Shown here: positions 12,311-24,706 of the stretch, one piece after another
How the letters are laid out: each line of letters begins with the position of its first letter
Numbering within the stretch: the stretch's first letter is position 1
Assembly: GCA_951406725.2 (NCBI GenBank)
Contig: OX597836.1
Location: forward strand, 26,660,001 to 26,724,000
Origin: Octopus vulgaris
Taxonomy: Eukaryota
Direction of reading: 5' to 3'
Length of the DNA: 64,000 nt
Made by a program: the position numbers and the translations under genes
The notes under the pieces: model-generated
Database searches by the model: none
What the model was told of the DNA's origin: nothing
Seen by the model: only the letters and a program-made list of their open reading frames with translations

Positions 12311-13113
12311 TCAAAAAATGCTGCTTGTGCTCCAGAAGAGAGAAATTTCTGCAGCATTAAGTGATAGGGCAACTTTTTGTCATCAAATAGCATCGGAGAG
12401 AGGAAACCAACACAGCAAACGAGGAATGTTAACCTCAATTTAGGCACAGGAGAACTTGGAGGTGGTGTCCAACTGAAAGCATTAGCCAACAGTTTCATTA
12501 GGGCTTTGGCTACAGCCTGAGCAGCAGGAGTAGGATTGGTGGGCGTGGCTGGCATCTGGTGGCTGCGGCGCTGTCGCACAGGGGTCCCAACACACAACTT
12601 TACTAATAAACTGAACAGTTCGGCAAGTGCTCGGCCAAGCCGAGAGGTCACCGATAACAACGGTTTCAGCTGTTTCACCTGAGCTTGTAAAGTTGGACAC
12701 AATTTGGACTTCTTGGATTCCTTTTCTAAGCTGTTTACCTCATTTGTCTCCATTGGTGTTTCTTGGCTTTCGGAAGTAGTAAGGGATTCGAGAGCAGCAC
12801 TCACTCCATTACTTCCCATTTCATCTGTGCTATGCTTGAGGCCAGCAGCAGTCATGCCCCCACTACCAGACGCAGAATTACCACCCTCAGATGTAGTCTT
12901 TTCATCCTTATCACCTTTGACATCTTTTGGCATTAGTTTCTCCAAGTCAGCTCGGCCAAATTCACAATCCGCAGGCAACATGTCTTCCGTACAGAGAGCC
13001 AGTAACACTGTGCTCTCCCACACAAGAGAGCAATAAAGACGGCTAAGTCCAGTCAAGACTTGCAGCCCCAGTTCAGAACCCCAGTGACTCACTGAAATAG
13101 TTCGAATATCACT
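12311..13113 (-). CDS. HUWE1: HUWE1 exon 26 (SDIRTISVSHWGSELGL...YHLMLQKFLSSGAQAAFF)
   Basis: 803 nt, phase 0/2; core of ORF 12307..13176. Confidence 0.96.
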
Positions 13114-14134
13114 CTGGAAAAAAAAATAGAGAAAAAGAGAATACAGTAAAAGAGGGCCATAAGACCAGAAGAACAAAATAAGGGCACAAAGTCAGCAAAT
13201 TGGTGAGGATGGAGTAATTGATTAAATCAATTCCACTTAATCTTGACTTGTTACACATTACTATTATTATTACTAAGGTGAGCTGGCAGAATCGTTAGTA
13301 TGCTGGATGAAATGCTTAGAGGTATTTTGTCTGTAGCTACATTCTGAGTTCAAATTCCATTGAGGTCGATTTTGCCTTTCATTCTCTCAGAGATGATAAA
13401 TTAAGTATCAGTGAAACACTGGGGTCGATGTAATCAGCTCATCCTCTCCCACCAAATTTCAGGCCTTGTGCCTTTAGTAGAAAGGATTATCATTATTATT
13501 ATTACTAAAGGTGGCAAAGTTGCAGAATCATTAGCACTTTTGTCCATCTTTATGTTCTGAGCTCAAATTCCACCAAGGTTGACTGCCTTTCATCCTTTCA
13601 GGGTCAAAAAATTAAGTACCAGTCAAGGACTGGGGTTGATGTGATCAACTTACCCACTTCCTGATAATTTCAGGCCTTGTGCCTATTGTAGAAAGGATTA
13701 TCATCAGCATTTAAACCAGCCATGTATGACCCAAAATATACCTGTTTTATGCTCAAACCAGCCAGATCTGGTCTCACACACTTAGTCTACAATGTCATTT
13801 TAAAAATATGAATAAATAAGCATCACATTTGTGAGAATAATCTGAATGCTAAAGGGCTATGAAGTGTGACAGTCATTTTAAGAGCAGAAATACATTCTCA
13901 CAAATCCAAGACACATTACTTGTGAATTTCTTAAAACTTTTTCTTAGTTGAAAAAACAAAGCTTTAATGGACTTCTGTTTTGAACGAGCAGAGTTTAATT
14001 ATAAAGGCAATCCAATTTGAAGAGAATGGAAACATACAAACCATGTATACTACAGAGGCTACAATATTAAAGCTAACAAGAAGGGAAATCACAAAGTTGT
14101 AAATTCTATCCAAAGTGATTAGTGTTAATCCTAC

Positions 14135-14380
14135 CTGTCCCATTCGGCAGACATGAACAAACATCATAACGTATGCATGAGCAGCAGATAAGGAGTGTAA
14201 TAGAGGTGTGGCTTGAGGGCAGTAGATAGCATCAGGAATGTTGGCAGCTAAGGCAAGTTCTCGAAGGAGGAGAGAACCACCTGGACGAGGCAATGGCTTG
14301 TGGAAGTTTTCTAAACTTTCTAATACTTCATTCAAACGAAGGAGACCTTGCTTTAACACTTGTGGCTCTCTTGATAAAGT
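14135..14380 (-). CDS. HUWE1: HUWE1 exon 25 (TLSREPQVLKQGL...MFVHVCRMGQ)
   Basis: 246 nt, phase 0/0. Confidence 0.96.
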
Positions 14381-14557
14381 CTGCAAAATTGAAATGAGAA
14401 AACATTGGAATCAATCAAGAAATTTAAATTTCAACTGAAATAATTTGTTTGAAACACTAAATATCATGCAATGATTTTATTCTTCAAAATATATGTAAAT
14501 AACTAAAATTTTAAGAGACAAAATCATTCTAAATTGTGCACATTCATGAGAGACAGT

Positions 14558-14772
14558 TTAACCCTTTTGATACAAAACCGCTGGAGACCACCCCTAGTTC
14601 TATGATAAACATTAATTTTAATGTAATCTAAATTAAACCTTGCATCAAAATTTCATGCTAACTTATATATTCCAAATTTGAGCTGAATAAATTCTATTAA
14701 AATCATTATTTTCAAAATTAATTGACACAAAAACAGTACATTGCAATGCAAGGACAGCAACAAGAGAGTTAA
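14558..14772. mobile_element. piggyBac-type MITE, family 1-related (older relatives near 25800-26030, 46140-46315, 57570-57752, 62955-63150)
   Basis: TTAA-cccttttgatac ... caagagag-TTAA; shared internal motifs. Confidence 0.65.
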
Positions 14773-15559
14773 CCTTTACATGAATGCAAATATAGCCAGA
14801 GTGAACCACCTGTGTTTTGATTAATTAACAAAATTTTGAGAGGAAGTTAGTAAAATAAACATTCTTTTCAATTATCAGTATGTTAATTCAGTGTGGCAAA
14901 AGCCTATAAAAGTCTATTTGTCCTTCAGCAATTATAGAATTGCAATCATGGATAAGGCGAGTTTGGTAGAGAATAAAAAATATAGGTAGAAGATGGTTGT
15001 GTAGTTAAGAGATTTGCTTCATAATCACAAGATATCAGGTTCAATCTCACTCCACAACACTTTCGATAACCCTGAGCCTTCTAAGGAAATTTGATAGAAC
15101 CTGAAAGAAGATTGTGTGTGTATGTGTGCACACACGCAGGTCTTTGTATGAATGTTTACAAAACTATGCTAGCAAGGAGTGAGGATGATGACATCCCTGT
15201 TTGCCGTTCATCTATAATCAACGTTATTTATAGGCGAGTTGTAACCAATGACATTTGTTGAGAAAATCCATCCACTATCTCTCGGTGCTCGGAATTTCGT
15301 CTAGAATAAAAACTCCCTTATTTGAAAAGCGTAATGGCTGGGAACAGAAGATGCACTCAGCCATCAAAGTCTTGCTTCAAAACTTACTTCCATTTGAGCC
15401 ACGCTAGCACAGAAAACAGATATTAAATGAAACAAAACAAACAATAAACACAAATAGACAGTTTCAGTAAGATGGGACCGGGAGCTGTCAACAGAAACTG
15501 CTTGTAAAAATAAAGTTTTTTTTTTTAAAGATACTAAAGCACTAATTCATAATACTTAC

Positions 15560-15736
15560 CAAGATAGATTTGCAGACACTAGCCACTGCCTGACATGCAG
15601 GGGATGTAGGAAAATCAATTGGGAGATTTGGAAGACCTAAAATTCCCATCAGAGGGGTGAGACCTTTCTGTGTAACAAATTCACGACAATGATCATCTGT
15701 TGTATTATTGCTGAGGATAGCTTCCACAAATTTCAT
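15560..15736 (-). CDS. HUWE1: HUWE1 exon 24 ([21 protein letters not shown]...VCKSIL)
   Basis: 177 nt; [11 protein letters not shown] and [11 protein letters not shown] motifs. Confidence 0.96.
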
Positions 15737-15905
15737 CTGAAAGAATATATCAATATTCACTCGTTAAATAGATGGAAATCAAAGCAATAATTACTTTATG
15801 CTTGCTTTAAGCTTACAAATCCTGACAGAGAAACCCCGGTTTCTGAACAATATAACAATCCTTTAAGATTTACAAATACCACATAAGATAAAGAAATATA
15901 CTTAC

Positions 15906-15957
15906 TACATTCAAAATATAGTCTATGAGAGGGATTGCAAGTCTTTCTTGGGAATTT
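15906..15957 (-). CDS. HUWE1: HUWE1 exon 23 (NSQERLAIPLIDYILNV)
   Basis: 52 nt, phase 2/0. Confidence 0.93.
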
Positions 15958-16939
15958 CTAAAAATGCAAAAAGAAATTCAATATAAAAAATAAGCTAGAT
16001 AAGAGAGAGAGAGAGCATACTGTTATTAATACTGGTATTGAAACTTTCACGCTATAGTTTCACACATTTTTTTGAACACTACATCGTATTTCACATTAGG
16101 CAGTTAACAACATAAACTTGACTAAATTCAGCTTTCTGGTGCAAACCCAAAATTCAGCTTTCTGGTGCAAACCCAATCATTTACCACTTTATTAATATAG
16201 ATTTAAATTAAAAATTATCTAACCACTTTCTATTATTCTTTTACTTGCTTCAGTCATTTGATTGCGGCCATGTTGGAGCAATCCCTTTAAGGGTTTTTTT
16301 TTCCAGTCAAAGAAATCAATCCTAAGATATTCTTTGTAAGCCTAGTACTTATTCTATCGGTCTCGTATGCCAAACAGCTAAGTTATGGGGACGTAAACAC
16401 ACCAACATCACTTGACACTTATCAAACATCCAAGTACATATTACAACTAAAAATAAAGACTATTTTATATCCATGTATGGAAGGCAAGTTAGTTAATTTC
16501 CAATCATTACACTAATATAACCTAAACCTTTTAATTTTTTTTTTAATGCCAAAATCTCAGATTTTTTTATGTCCACTTTATACAGACTGGCATGGGTTAG
16601 GTGTGACATTTTCAGATACCAACATGTGCTTGTAGGCAACCAAGTTGCAGGACATAAAGGCCACTGTTGTTCAAGCAGCGTCATTGTGTAAAGTCACATG
16701 GAGACAAACATATACACATACAACAGGCTTCAGAACAGCTTTTCTCGACCAAATTTCCCTCATAATGCATTCGTGAAACCGAAACTATCACAAGCAAAAG
16801 GTCATCTGCCCCTAAAGTGCCATGCAGTAACATACTTGCAAAGCAAACATTTTAATTGCATAACCATGCCTGCATCCAAGTGATTCATCCAAAACCAGTA
16901 AATTTTAAATAAAACAAAAAATAAATAAATTTAACTTAC

Positions 16940-17154
16940 TGTGCCTGTTCAGAAGCTAAGAGCTGCTTTGCGCCACTACTTTGACTTGCAGTGCTTGCCA
17001 TATCATCATCGTCTTCATCCTCGTCTGATGAGCCACCGCCATCAGGCGGTTGAGGTGATCGAGGCGAAGCATTCTGGGATTGCTCAGCTTTTGGTTGGGG
17101 TTTTTGACACATATATTTCATATCTCGGCCCATTGCACAAACTTCTTCTAGTAG
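16940..17154 (-). CDS. HUWE1: HUWE1 exon 22 (LLEEVCAMGRDMKYMCQKP...acidic loop...SEQA)
   Basis: 215 nt, phase 0/2; matches ORF 16936..17169. Confidence 0.94.
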
Positions 17155-17336
17155 CTGCAAGTAAAACATTCAAACATAATTCCAGTAGAAATTTATTTCA
17201 TAGAAGAAATATATTTTATATCTTTATACTTTATATAGGCATTCAATAATAAATTTCTAGATTTCACAATTGATGCTTGAATAGCAGAGTAATTAATTTA
17301 TTGAGGAAAATAACATATTATTCAAGTGTAACAAAC

Positions 17337-17428
17337 CTTTATGGTAGCTTTGGTGGCATCTGTTCTCAAAGAAGGCTGATGTCGCATTAATTCATCCATA
17401 GCATTGCCCAAATTACTGGCAGTGTCTC
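17337..17428 (-). CDS. HUWE1: HUWE1 exon 21 ([30 protein letters not shown])
   Basis: DELMRHQP motif; 92 nt, phase 1/0. Confidence 0.95.
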
Positions 17429-17593
17429 CTGAAATACACATTTACCATGTTTATTGACCGGATCGTATACAGAAATATTCATAATGTCACTAAAAGACAG
17501 TGATATCATGCTACACAGCTACATATACACAGGTCTCAATAATGTAAGGGATATAGAGGAAATTGGTAATCAGAACAATCAAGAAATATTTAC

Positions 17594-17771
17594 CAAAAGG
17601 ATCAGAACTTCTGCGGCGCCGCATTGCTGGTAGATAGTCTTGAGATAGAAGAACTTTAAATAGTCTGTCAAATGGCCGACACTGAACAAAAGCCTCGAGA
17701 CCTCTTGCATTCAGGCAAAGTGCACTAAAAACGTTTGGTAAAGCTGCAAGAACTTCACGTGTTGCTGGGAC
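17594..17771 (-). CDS. HUWE1: HUWE1 exon 20 ([25 protein letters not shown]...[11 protein letters not shown])
   Basis: 178 nt, phase 0/1. Confidence 0.95.
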
Positions 17772-18070
17772 CTACAACAGACAAAATTATTTACAGGATT
17801 CTTGTGAAAAAGTAAATAGTGCAAAAAAGAGGAAGAAAAGATCAAAGAATGGACATAAATTTGAAGAATTTTGGTAGAACTTAGCTGCATCAGCCACAAG
17901 TTCAGTAGCAAAATAAATATTCTAGAATGATTCTACAAGATCTTGAGAAATTTTGAACCACACACAGAATAAAAAAGGTAAAAGAAAAAGTTAATTTAAA
18001 AATAATGATAATGTAACATATGCTCTATAAAAATAATCACAAAATTTCAGCTTGCCAGGATATGAAGAAT

Positions 18071-18296
18071 CTTTTCTACTCTAGGCACAAGGTCCAAAAT
18101 TTTTTTTTGGGGGGGGGGGGGCAATCGATTAAATCAACCCCAGTATGCAACTGGTACTTAATTTATCGACCCCGAAAGGATGAAAGGCAAAGTCAATCTC
18201 GGCAAAATTTGAACTCAGAGCGTAAAGACAGACGAAATACCACTAAGCATTTTTGCCCAGTGTGCTAACGTTTCTGCCAGCTTACTGCTTTAGTTA
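18071..18296 (-). mobile_element. SINE family B with a 17-bp target-site duplication
   Basis: gccaggatatgaagaat at 18054-18070 and 18297-18313. Confidence 0.9.
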
Positions 18297-18350
18297 GCCA
18301 GGATATGAAGAATGCAATACCAGAACCAGTCTATTTTAATGTGTAAACAC

Positions 18351-18396
<46 letters not shown>

Positions 18397-19130
18397 TCAT
18401 CGTTTAGCGTCTGCTTTCCATGCTGGCATGGGTTGGACGGTTCAACTGGGGTCTGGGAAGCCAGAACGCTGCACCAGGCTCCAGTCTGATCTGGCAATGT
18501 TTCTACGGCTGGATGCCCTTCCTAACGCCAACCACTCCATGAGTGTAGTGGGTGCTTTTTACGTGCCACTGGCACAGGTGCCAGACGAGGCTGGCAAATG
18601 GCCACGAGCGGATGGTGCTTTACACACACACACATACACATTATTTGTGTAGGAAGACTACCATTGGTTTCACGTCAAGGAACATTTCATTCATTCAAGT
18701 CTGTCAGAAAGATGGTGTTAGGCTTGAATAATTGTTGAGCTATTCCTTAACATGAAACCAATGGCGGCCTTAATACAAAAATAAAGAATACTTATGTAGT
18801 TCTAAACACACTATGTTGAATAAAAGTGATGGTCATAAGCTACAATGTCTTTATCTGGGTCTAAACGTCCACAAATACAAGTGTATACAAAGTAAGAACA
18901 CAACAGGATATAAGAGACCTTCAATCTAAATTCACTATTTCCACAAACATCTGCAAAGCCACAAAATGAAAATGTCCATGCAACAATTACCACCAAAATT
19001 ATTTGGTTTTACGAAAACAAAACTGGACGGCTGGAGTACAGACCACTTTATACAAAATATAGAGTTTGAAAAGGTGTTAGGTCTGTTTAGAGCACAACTA
19101 GAGTTTCTTGCATGGGTGATTAGTAACTTC

Positions 19131-19521
19131 AGGAGGTGCAATGGCCCAGTGGTTAGGGCAGCGGACTCGCGGTCATAGGATCGCGGTTTCGATTCCCAGA
19201 CCAGGCGTTGTGTTTATTGAGCGAAAACACCTAAAGCTCCACGAGGCTCCGGCAGGGGATGGTGGTGATCCCTGCTGTACTCTTTCACCACAACTTTCTC
19301 TCACTCTTACTTCCTGTTTCTGTTGTACCTGTATTTCAAAGGGCCGGCCTTGTCACTCTCAGTGTCACGCTGAATATCCCCGAGATCTACGTTAAGGGTA
19401 CACGTGTCTGTGGAGTGCTCAGCCACTTACACGTTAATTTCACGAGCAGGCTGTTCCGTTGATTCGGATCAACCGGAACCCTCGTTGTCGTAAGCGACAG
19501 AGTGCTTCCCCCCCCCCCCCC
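19131..19521 (+). mobile_element. tRNA-derived SINE, family C, with a 9-bp TSD and a poly(C) end
   Basis: Head ggaggtgcaatggcccagtggttagggcagcggac...ggtttcgattccc; agtaacttc at 19122-19130 and 19522-19530. Confidence 0.88.
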
Positions 19522-19823
19522 AGTAACTTCCATACCAATAATGTCTTCATTACTACCCTATTTTCTGGCATATAAATTGAAATTTGCATACCAAAATTTA
19601 CAAGGTAAAAAAAATGTGTAGGTTGATTTATTATACATCAGGACGTCTGAGTAGGACCCAAAAATTTCATATGAAACATGGCAGGATTTGGAGAGATAGG
19701 GACAATGTCTACACTTTGTTACATCAACTTGTATGCCAGAAAATATAGTAGGTTTCTTCAACAACAATAACACTTATTCTTCATAACAACAACCACAGCA
19801 ATAAAGTGCCTGAAAAATCTTAC

Positions 19824-19930
19824 ATCTTTGGTCAAGAGAGCATGAAGAACAACATCAGTTAGGCCATTGTCTTGGAGAGATGACAGCAAGGACGGTTCTT
19901 GAAACACAAACACTGTGACAACATCAGTAG
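19824..19930 (-). CDS. HUWE1: HUWE1 exon 19 ([35 protein letters not shown])
   Basis: 107 nt, phase 1/0. Confidence 0.95.
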
Positions 19931-20045
19931 CTATGAAAGAAAATAGAAACATTATTAGAGACTACCTTGGTGCTATTTAACAGACATTTGGTTAAGAGGA
20001 GATTTAACCAAAGAAATAAACAGGAATCAGCCAAATGTTACTCAC

Positions 20046-20126
20046 CTAACAAAAATAAAGATGGTCCGTAATATTCAGCATTGCTTATAATATGCTTGAG
20101 AGACTGTGGTAAAGAACCATCCATTA
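20046..20126 (-). CDS. HUWE1: HUWE1 exon 18 ([26 protein letters not shown])
   Basis: 81 nt, phase 1/1. Confidence 0.95.
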
Positions 20127-21499
20127 CTGAAATTGAAGAGACGAAAGAAAGTGAAACGAGATGCAAGAAAGTGAAACAAATATCTTAGTTTTTGGAGTTT
20201 TTGGAGTTTTTTAATTTACGAATTCAAGAGCAAATGTTTTATGATATTCCACAATTTAGGGATTCTTTCATCAGCATTATATAAGCATGGGGTATGCCTA
20301 AAGTTCATCATTTAACGTCCATCTTCCATGCTGGCATGGATTGAATGGTTTGACAGGAGCTGGCAACATGGAGAGCCACACCAAGCTTCATTTGCCTGTT
20401 TTAGTATGGATTCTATGGCTGGATGCCCTTCCTATAGTATTTGCCGAGATGATTAAATTCATATTAGACATGAACTGTATTGCATTAAGCTAACACTAAC
20501 CTAACAAGTTGTCGTTATGTAGCAGCCAAAAGACATGAAAACAAAAATCTGTTTTTATTTCATTCTTTGCTGGTGTCCTTTCAAATAGTTGCACAAATCA
20601 CAACAGCTTTTTAATTACACTCTCTTCTTTGAATCTTCTAATTAGGAAGATATTACAAGATATGTAAATTTATATCAAAATAATGGCAGGTGTCACAAAA
20701 CAGAATCCTAGGATCACAGACAGTTCATTATTAATCCATCCTTGGCATCCGTCCCCCCATAAACATTACGTTATCGATTAATCCCTACATTATATGCTTA
20801 ACACTACATAATCCTACAGAGCCCCTTAATCTGCAAGGTTGATAATTACAAAGCAACATCTTAAGTAATTCAATGACTACAAAAAATACTTGCTCTAATA
20901 ATAAACAAACGACTAAGAATGTAATTAAAAACAAAAGAAAAATTCCATCCATAGAAATGTGAATGGCAGAAGACAAACTAAAGAGTCGTAGATTAATTTA
21001 ATGAAATGGTTAAATGAATCCTCATTTTCTATAAAATGATTTCAACAGATCACATCACTGTCTTATTAGAGTTGATGACAGCTGATGGAGTTTACTAAAT
21101 TATGATACAGGTGTGGTAAGAGGTTGCTTCTCAATTAAATGGTCTTGGGTTCAGTCCCACTGTGTGGCATCTTGGGTAAATGTCTTCCACTATAGCCCCA
21201 GGCCGACGAAGACCTTGGGAGTGGATTTGGCAGACGGAAACTGAAAGAAGCCCTCTCGTGTGTGTGTGTGTGTGTGTGTGTGCTTATGTTATTGCCTTAT
21301 TGCCTTGACCTCATGTGATTGTAAAGAAGTGTCATCTTTATGAAAGGAATGTCCATTTCCATCTTGCCATGGAGAAATACATCTGGCTGCAGAAAGCCCC
21401 CCCACCCAACAAATCCTGTCCAATCCATGCAAGTATGGAAAAGGGGACATTAAAAAACAATGATGAGGAGGACTAATTATCCATAGTAATACTTCATTA

Positions 21500-21780
21500 G
21501 CGTGTGGCTTAGTGGTTAAGGCATTCAGCTCATGATCACAAGGTCATGAGTTCAATTCATGGCAGCTTGTCATGTCTTTGAGCAACATGAAATAGTCTTG
21601 CTCCAGTCCACTCAGCTGGCAAAAATGATTTGTGCCTGTAATTAAAAAGGGGCCAGCCTTATCACCTTCTGGGGTACATGTGTCTGTGGAGTACTCAACC
21701 ACTTACACGTTAATTCCATGAGCAGGCTGTTTGGTCGATCAGATCAACTTCAACCCTCGTTGTAACCAACGAAGTGTCAG
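21500..21780 (+). mobile_element. tRNA-derived SINE, family D (relatives ~5147-5472 on -; 31527-31775, 40876-41190 on +)
   Basis: gcgtgtggcttagtggttaag...gagttcaattc...ttgagcaa...ctccagtccactcagctg core. Confidence 0.75.
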
Positions 21781-21913
21781 TATACACCGTTCGCCCATCA
21801 AGTTAAAAGTGTTAAGGGATCAAATAGTACAAGGAAGGATATTTGTAAATTTAATTGAATTTTGAAATATTGCAGGTAAACATGGACAAAAAGAAAGCCA
21901 TTATTAAACTTAC

Positions 21914-22015
21914 AATGCCTGATGCTTTCTGAAAAGGAGCTATCTGGAATAGCTTTCTTCAAAAAATTTAACATAGATTTTAATAATGCAGCTCTTTGTG
22001 GGAAACACTGCACGC
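21914..22015 (-). CDS. HUWE1: HUWE1 exon 17 ([33 protein letters not shown])
   Basis: [17 protein letters not shown] motif; 102 nt, phase 1/1. Confidence 0.95.
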
Positions 22016-22269
22016 CTGGAAGAAAGAGAAAAGAATTGTATCTCTGAGAATTAAGAAGTTAACAATTAGAAGGGTACTCAGCTGGAAAAATAAACAAAAC
22101 AGAAAACAAATTTACTCCATGAAAAATTTCTCCACCTAAGCAAGGAAGTAAAATGTTAAAATTCTAAAAATGGCCCCAAAATTTTTTTCAATACAAACAT
22201 ATGTAGAAACTTAATTTTGAAACTTCAAATTATTTCCAATATTCTTTAGTTAGAAATTCTTCAACTCAC

Positions 22270-22465
22270 CTGGCTTATCCACTTTTAATTCATTGATATC
22301 TACTTTGGGTAAAGCATCAGAAGTGGAAGCTTCTACTCCATCCTGTCGGATGTTATCAGTTTCCATAGCTGATGGGGAATCAGGATTCACATCCATTGAG
22401 TTGTCATGGGATTTGGCTGGTCTGATTACAAAAGGCTGTTCTTTTCTGCAGACATTGACTTCATG
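22270..22465 (-). CDS. HUWE1: HUWE1 exon 16 (HEVNVCRKEQPFVIRP...KVDKP)
   Basis: 196 nt, phase 0/1; matches ORF 22250..22480. Confidence 0.94.
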
Positions 22466-22938
22466 CTGAATTATATACACCCAAGAATTAGCTTCATTTC
22501 AAAGGTACCATTTTCTTAAATTGAGTTTTGTTTACATTTATACGTATTTTCAAACGGTTGCAATTATTAAAGAAAATATACACTTCAGAAACTTGCTTTC
22601 ATGTACATTTATAAAAACAAAATTCAACTAACTGTTGAAAAACTGTTTTTGTAGCATTACTAATTATTTGCCTTCAATATTTCATTTTACTGTCAAAATT
22701 AAATTGAACCCAAAGTCCAAAACCATTCTTTGATTGACCTTAAACACAATGTTCACAAATATATTACAAAATCTCTCATGGCTAAAAGATTTTATCAGGA
22801 GTGGTGGTGTGATTTTCTCTAGAAATCCCAAAACACATTCTAAGTGTACTTTACCAACTTAAAATTTTAAACATTTCAAAGAGTAAAACTAAAAATATCA
22901 ATAAACAAGAGACAAAGGAACCAATTCATGACAAATAC

Positions 22939-23040
22939 CTCAAGTCTGTTTAAGAATGCATTTAAGCCACCATGTCCTTGGAAAGCAGCCATATCCATAT
23001 TTGTGATGAGATCAACAACTCTAACAGCACGGGTTACAAA
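22939..23040 (-). CDS. HUWE1: HUWE1 exon 15 ([34 protein letters not shown])
   Basis: [14 protein letters not shown] motif; 102 nt. Confidence 0.95.
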
Positions 23041-23410
23041 CTGAAATACAAATTTGGGAGATCAATACATGAAGACAATAGCCCCAGACATACAAACTTG
23101 CACATGTGTACATAGGTATGTACATGTGCACATAAAAGATGCACAGAAATAGAACAGAAGTTACGATTACATTGCAAGCAGCTTGATCATCAGTTTTCTA
23201 TATAAATATTTTCCAAACTCTAGAAGGTATTTTTATTGTTATAACAACCAAGATTTTGTTTTTTTAATTATTGATTTTATTTATTTCTTTGTACACAAGC
23301 AGTTTGCTAAAAAATTTTCTTCAGAATACGATTATCAAAAAATTAGCTTAAACTCAACAGGTGTTATTTACACTATATTCCACAGCAACGATTGATTAAT
23401 AGTTACTTAC

Positions 23411-23496
23411 AGTGATATGCTCCTGGCCCTCACCATACCAATTAATGACTTTTAATAAAGATTCCATCATTCCACAAGAAACTAGGGCCTCACCTC
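23411..23496 (-). CDS. HUWE1: HUWE1 exon 14 ([28 protein letters not shown])
   Basis: 86 nt, phase 1/0. Confidence 0.95.
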
Positions 23497-23831
23497 CTGT
23501 AAATTGAAGGGAAAGAAAAGGCATTATTACATGAAAGTAATCAAACTATTATATATTAGAAATTTAATCTGTTTTCTCTGGGAGACCTCAACTGGAAGGT
23601 GGGGGTGGGTTTCACTTAGAAATCGAATATTTTTGCATATTGGTATAGACTGAACAGTTTTACAAATCAACTTGAAAACATACATGTGCACGCACACGCA
23701 CAAATGTGTGCATACATATATACATAAGTATATAGAGGTGAATATATCGCATGAAAACATAATTATACATAATCATGCCTGTATGATTAAATGTATGTAA
23801 ACACACCGAAATAAGAATCCCCTAAAGTATA

Positions 23832-24062
23832 CCTATTTCTTTACTACCCACAAGGGGCTAAACACAGAGAGGACAAACAAGGACAGACAAACGGATTAAG
23901 TCGATTATATCGATCCCAGTGCGTAACTGGTACTTATTTAATCAACCCCGAAAGTATGAAAGGCAAAGTCGGCCTCGGCGGAATTTGAACTCAGAATGTA
24001 AAGACAGACGAAATACCACTCAGCATTTCGCCTGGCGTGCTAACATTTCTGCCAGCTCACCG
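23832..24062 (-). mobile_element. SINE family B (other - copies ~24405-24575, 49872-50045, 53682-53906, 58553-58745)
   Basis: Near reverse complement of 45207-45436. Confidence 0.88.
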
Positions 24063-24625
24063 CATCATAAATTGTTCAGCATTACAAAGTTAGTAAAATA
24101 CTGCATCTCACCATTATACTTATTTAGAGCCAAAAGAGTGGGTTTTGGGGGGAATTATGTAGCACCAGGATGCAGAAAACAGAACCTTCCATTTTACATA
24201 TTGTAAAAGTGTTCAGTTTTGAAAATATCAAACATTGCTCTCAGAAGGTTAGCTTTACATGGAATTTGTCCAACAGACAAATTTATAACTGAGAAATTTT
24301 AAAAGAAATATAAAATCTCAATAAAGTTTAGTTAAATACAGACCACGAAAGCAATTCTGCACAGAAAACTCTGGAAGGAGGATAGGGGTAAAATATTACT
24401 AAAATAATCCTTTCTGCTACAGGCACAAGGCCTGAAAATTTGAGGGAGGAGGAGGGGGGGGGGAGATAATGAATTACATAGACCCCCAGTGCTTAACTGG
24501 TATTTATTTTATAGACCCTGAAAGGATGAAAGACATTGGAATGTAAAACCAGAAGAAATGATGCTAACAATTCTAGCAGCTTGTCACCTTAAAAATATTA
24601 CTGAAATAATAAAATGCAAACTCAC

Positions 24626-24706
24626 CACTCTCGTAACTGGCAAGGTGATAAAGAAAAGAAAACAACGCGGTAGCAAATAGTTGAGGGAAGGGAGTCATGT
24701 TAGGAT
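24626..24706 (-). CDS. HUWE1: HUWE1 exon 13 ([26 protein letters not shown])
   Basis: [15 protein letters not shown] motif; 81 nt, phase 1/1. Confidence 0.95.

Noticed and set aside
12482-13036. ORFs 12704..13036 (+) and 12482..12700 (-)
   Set aside because: Antisense or alternative-frame shadows of HUWE1 exon 26. The same applies to ORFs at 4634-4941, 14238-14438 and 16941-17249.
19131-19203. tRNA-like sequences at SINE heads (also 32657, 48572, 45207, 21500)
   Set aside because: A/B-box-like motifs are present, but they run straight into SINE bodies with TSDs and lack a proper cloverleaf; not tRNA genes
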